A stretch of 64,000 bases of DNA from contig NC_087245.1 in assembly GCF_037042905.1 (NCBI RefSeq), positions 19,222,001-19,286,000 of the forward strand, written 5' to 3'. Origin of the DNA: Lytechinus pictus (lineage: Eukaryota). Below the pieces are notes generated by a model. The model saw only the letters and a list, made by a program, of their open reading frames with translations. It had not been told where the DNA came from and did no database searches. Below are positions 62,000 through 64,000 of the stretch, piece after piece (position 1 is the first letter of the stretch; every line of letters starts with the position of its first letter). Position numbers and translations under genes: made by a program.

Positions 62000-63658
62000 T
62001 GTCAGGACTTCAATCGTGTTTTATTTCATCACAATACATCCTTAACATAAAAGTCCGGAAAAAAATCTGTGTTGATAAAAGGCTATTAATTAGGTTCTTC
62101 ATTTGGAGGCTTGTTACAAATCTAAATATGAGTGAAATATTTGTGAAAAAGTTTTCTCAAAATATGACTTTCAAAATGGCCGCCAAAGAATTAACTGTAT
62201 TTGGTACATGAAAAGTGGGAAACTAATAGTGAGCACCATAAATGCATGTAAAATATTGTTATTTGAAAATCACAATGGCCGCTACAGGCCCTTACGATAT
62301 TATGCAGAATGGGAACAAATCATTTTAACAGAATTTGGCTTTGCTTGGCCAAATGGTGATGTATGAATGAAATATTGTCTGAAAACATGAACAAAAGATA
62401 TCATATCTTTTTAGGTGATAAATACTGCATTTCAAAATGGCTGCATCTCCACTCAAATTCTATATTATACAATAAGGGCCTATGGTGGTCATTTTCAATT
62501 TTAAAATGCAGCATTTATCTCCTTAATTACACAACATTATGATATATCTAGTTAGAAACCATGGTTTTGTCAAGCAATGCCAAATTCTGTCAATTATATG
62601 TCCCAGCATGTTACAATGTACACAATGACTTTTAGGACCTATGGCAGCTATTTTGGATTTCAAAGTATAGCAATTACCTCCACGACCAATATGTGATATT
62701 ATGTTTAAGACAATATTTTCACATGTTACATTTTAGTTAGGGCTTGTAGAGGTTATTTTTTATGTCAAAATAAAGTATTTATCACCTATATGGCAGAAGA
62801 AATGCTATAATTAAAAAAAAAAAATGTTTTCAAATAACATTTTACTCATACAACAGGATTATAATGGATGTCATAGTCAAGCAAATTCTTACAAAAATAT
62901 GTCCCTTTTCACATTGTATATAATAACATGTGAATCAGACAATATTTTACTCGTAGATCACAATTACATGCATTTTTTGTTTCTTACTCGGGTGAAAATT
63001 AGTTTCTCCATTCGCATTGTACATGATAAATATAGGGTCTATGGTGGCCATTTTGAATTTCAAAATACAGTATTTATCACATAAATGGCACACTAAGAAT
63101 TATGTTTTAGTCAGTATTCCACTCGTTTATCTTAATAATATGCATTTTTGTTGGCCCCAGTCATTGCCATTGTTCATAATACTCTTTGGGCCAGTGGCGA
63201 CTATTTTAGATATCAAAATACAGCAATGTTCCTATATATGATATGATATATCTCGTTAGTAATTTGCAAATATTACTTTGTTCATACATCGCGATTTTTG
63301 CAGTTTAGTGCTCATTTTTTGTGGAAATTAGTTTTCCCTATTCATATTGTACAAAATAGAGTATGCAATGGCATATGGCGGCCATTTTTAATATCAGGAA
63401 AAAATATTTTGTCAAAAATTAATTTTTTCAGAAAGTATTTCACTCCTGCCACACAATTTTATGATTTTCATGGGTAATTTGCATATTTTGGCGGCCATAT
63501 TGGATTTTGCCAATTTGCGGAAAATGCTCAAGGTTACACGAGTGGCATCATCCAGATTCGTAATCAGCACCCTCGAATTGACAAGAAACCATCAAAAAAT
63601 ATTGTATATATAAAAAAACAAGGTTTGGTCAATTTTCTATGGGGCCTATCCTGGACTA
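62000..63658. mobile_element. Probable non-autonomous DNA transposon with dispersed AAAATGGCCGCC motifs; left boundary uncertain
   Basis: Multiple direct and inverted AAAATGGC(C/T)GC / GGCCATTTT motifs. The sequence switches family sharply after CCTATCCTGGACTA (63658). Confidence 0.45.
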
Positions 63659-63660
63659 TA

Positions 63661-64000
63661 AGGTAACTACCATGGTAATGCTGATCAATGGCCAATCAGA
63701 ATCCAGGATTGGATGGCAAAGTTACAATAAGCGTAACAAAATAGCCACAGTGTAAATGACATAATGTGGGGTTGACTATTTTCCTCTCTCCGCCCCCTGC
63801 ATGAGCATATTGCAAAACATGTCTTCAATTCCTGGGACAAAATATACAGTATCTTCAATTTCTGAGGCATAATTCAAGAGCTCATTTCTATAACACTATG
63901 CATTGTACTATACTGTATATATAGCCCCTATGGATAAATGACTTTTTTAAATTAATAAAATATATTTCGCAAAAATCCATAAAACATAAAGTAGAGGAAT
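63661..64000. mobile_element. Fragment of the 2728-5230 element family, running off the window
   Basis: Colinear similarity to 4395-4815 (TGGTAATGCTG..CAATGGC, TTGGATGGCAAAGTTAC, TACAGTATCTTCAATT, TATAGCCCCTATGGATAA). Confidence 0.75.

Overview
AT-rich, intron-rich animal genomic DNA. The repeat families look like those of an echinoid (sea urchin), which is an inference. There are two main blocks. (1) 414-19040 is a single ~18.6-kb DNA transposon. It has TATGG...CCATA termini, a perfect 6-bp target-site duplication (CACGTC) and long foldback-type terminal inverted repeats built from ~40 copies per end of a 17-bp palindrome. The termini and TSD fit the IS3EU superfamily. I see no intact transposase. 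It carries many nested MITEs/HINEs, a decayed spliced transcription unit and a tandem pair of what looks like a 7SL(SRP Alu-domain)-headed SINE. It has landed in the last exon of a small putative minus-strand spliced ORF. (2) 23846-60106 (+) is a complete CFAP65/CCDC108 ortholog with 36 phase-consistent coding exons (~1883 aa). Its introns hold LINE fragments, tRNA-SINEs, Kolobok/piggyBac/Harbinger/hAT-type MITEs and tandem repeats. Most ORFs in the supplied track are spurious or exon fragments. All family assignments were made by eye and from recalled family hallmarks; no database search was run.
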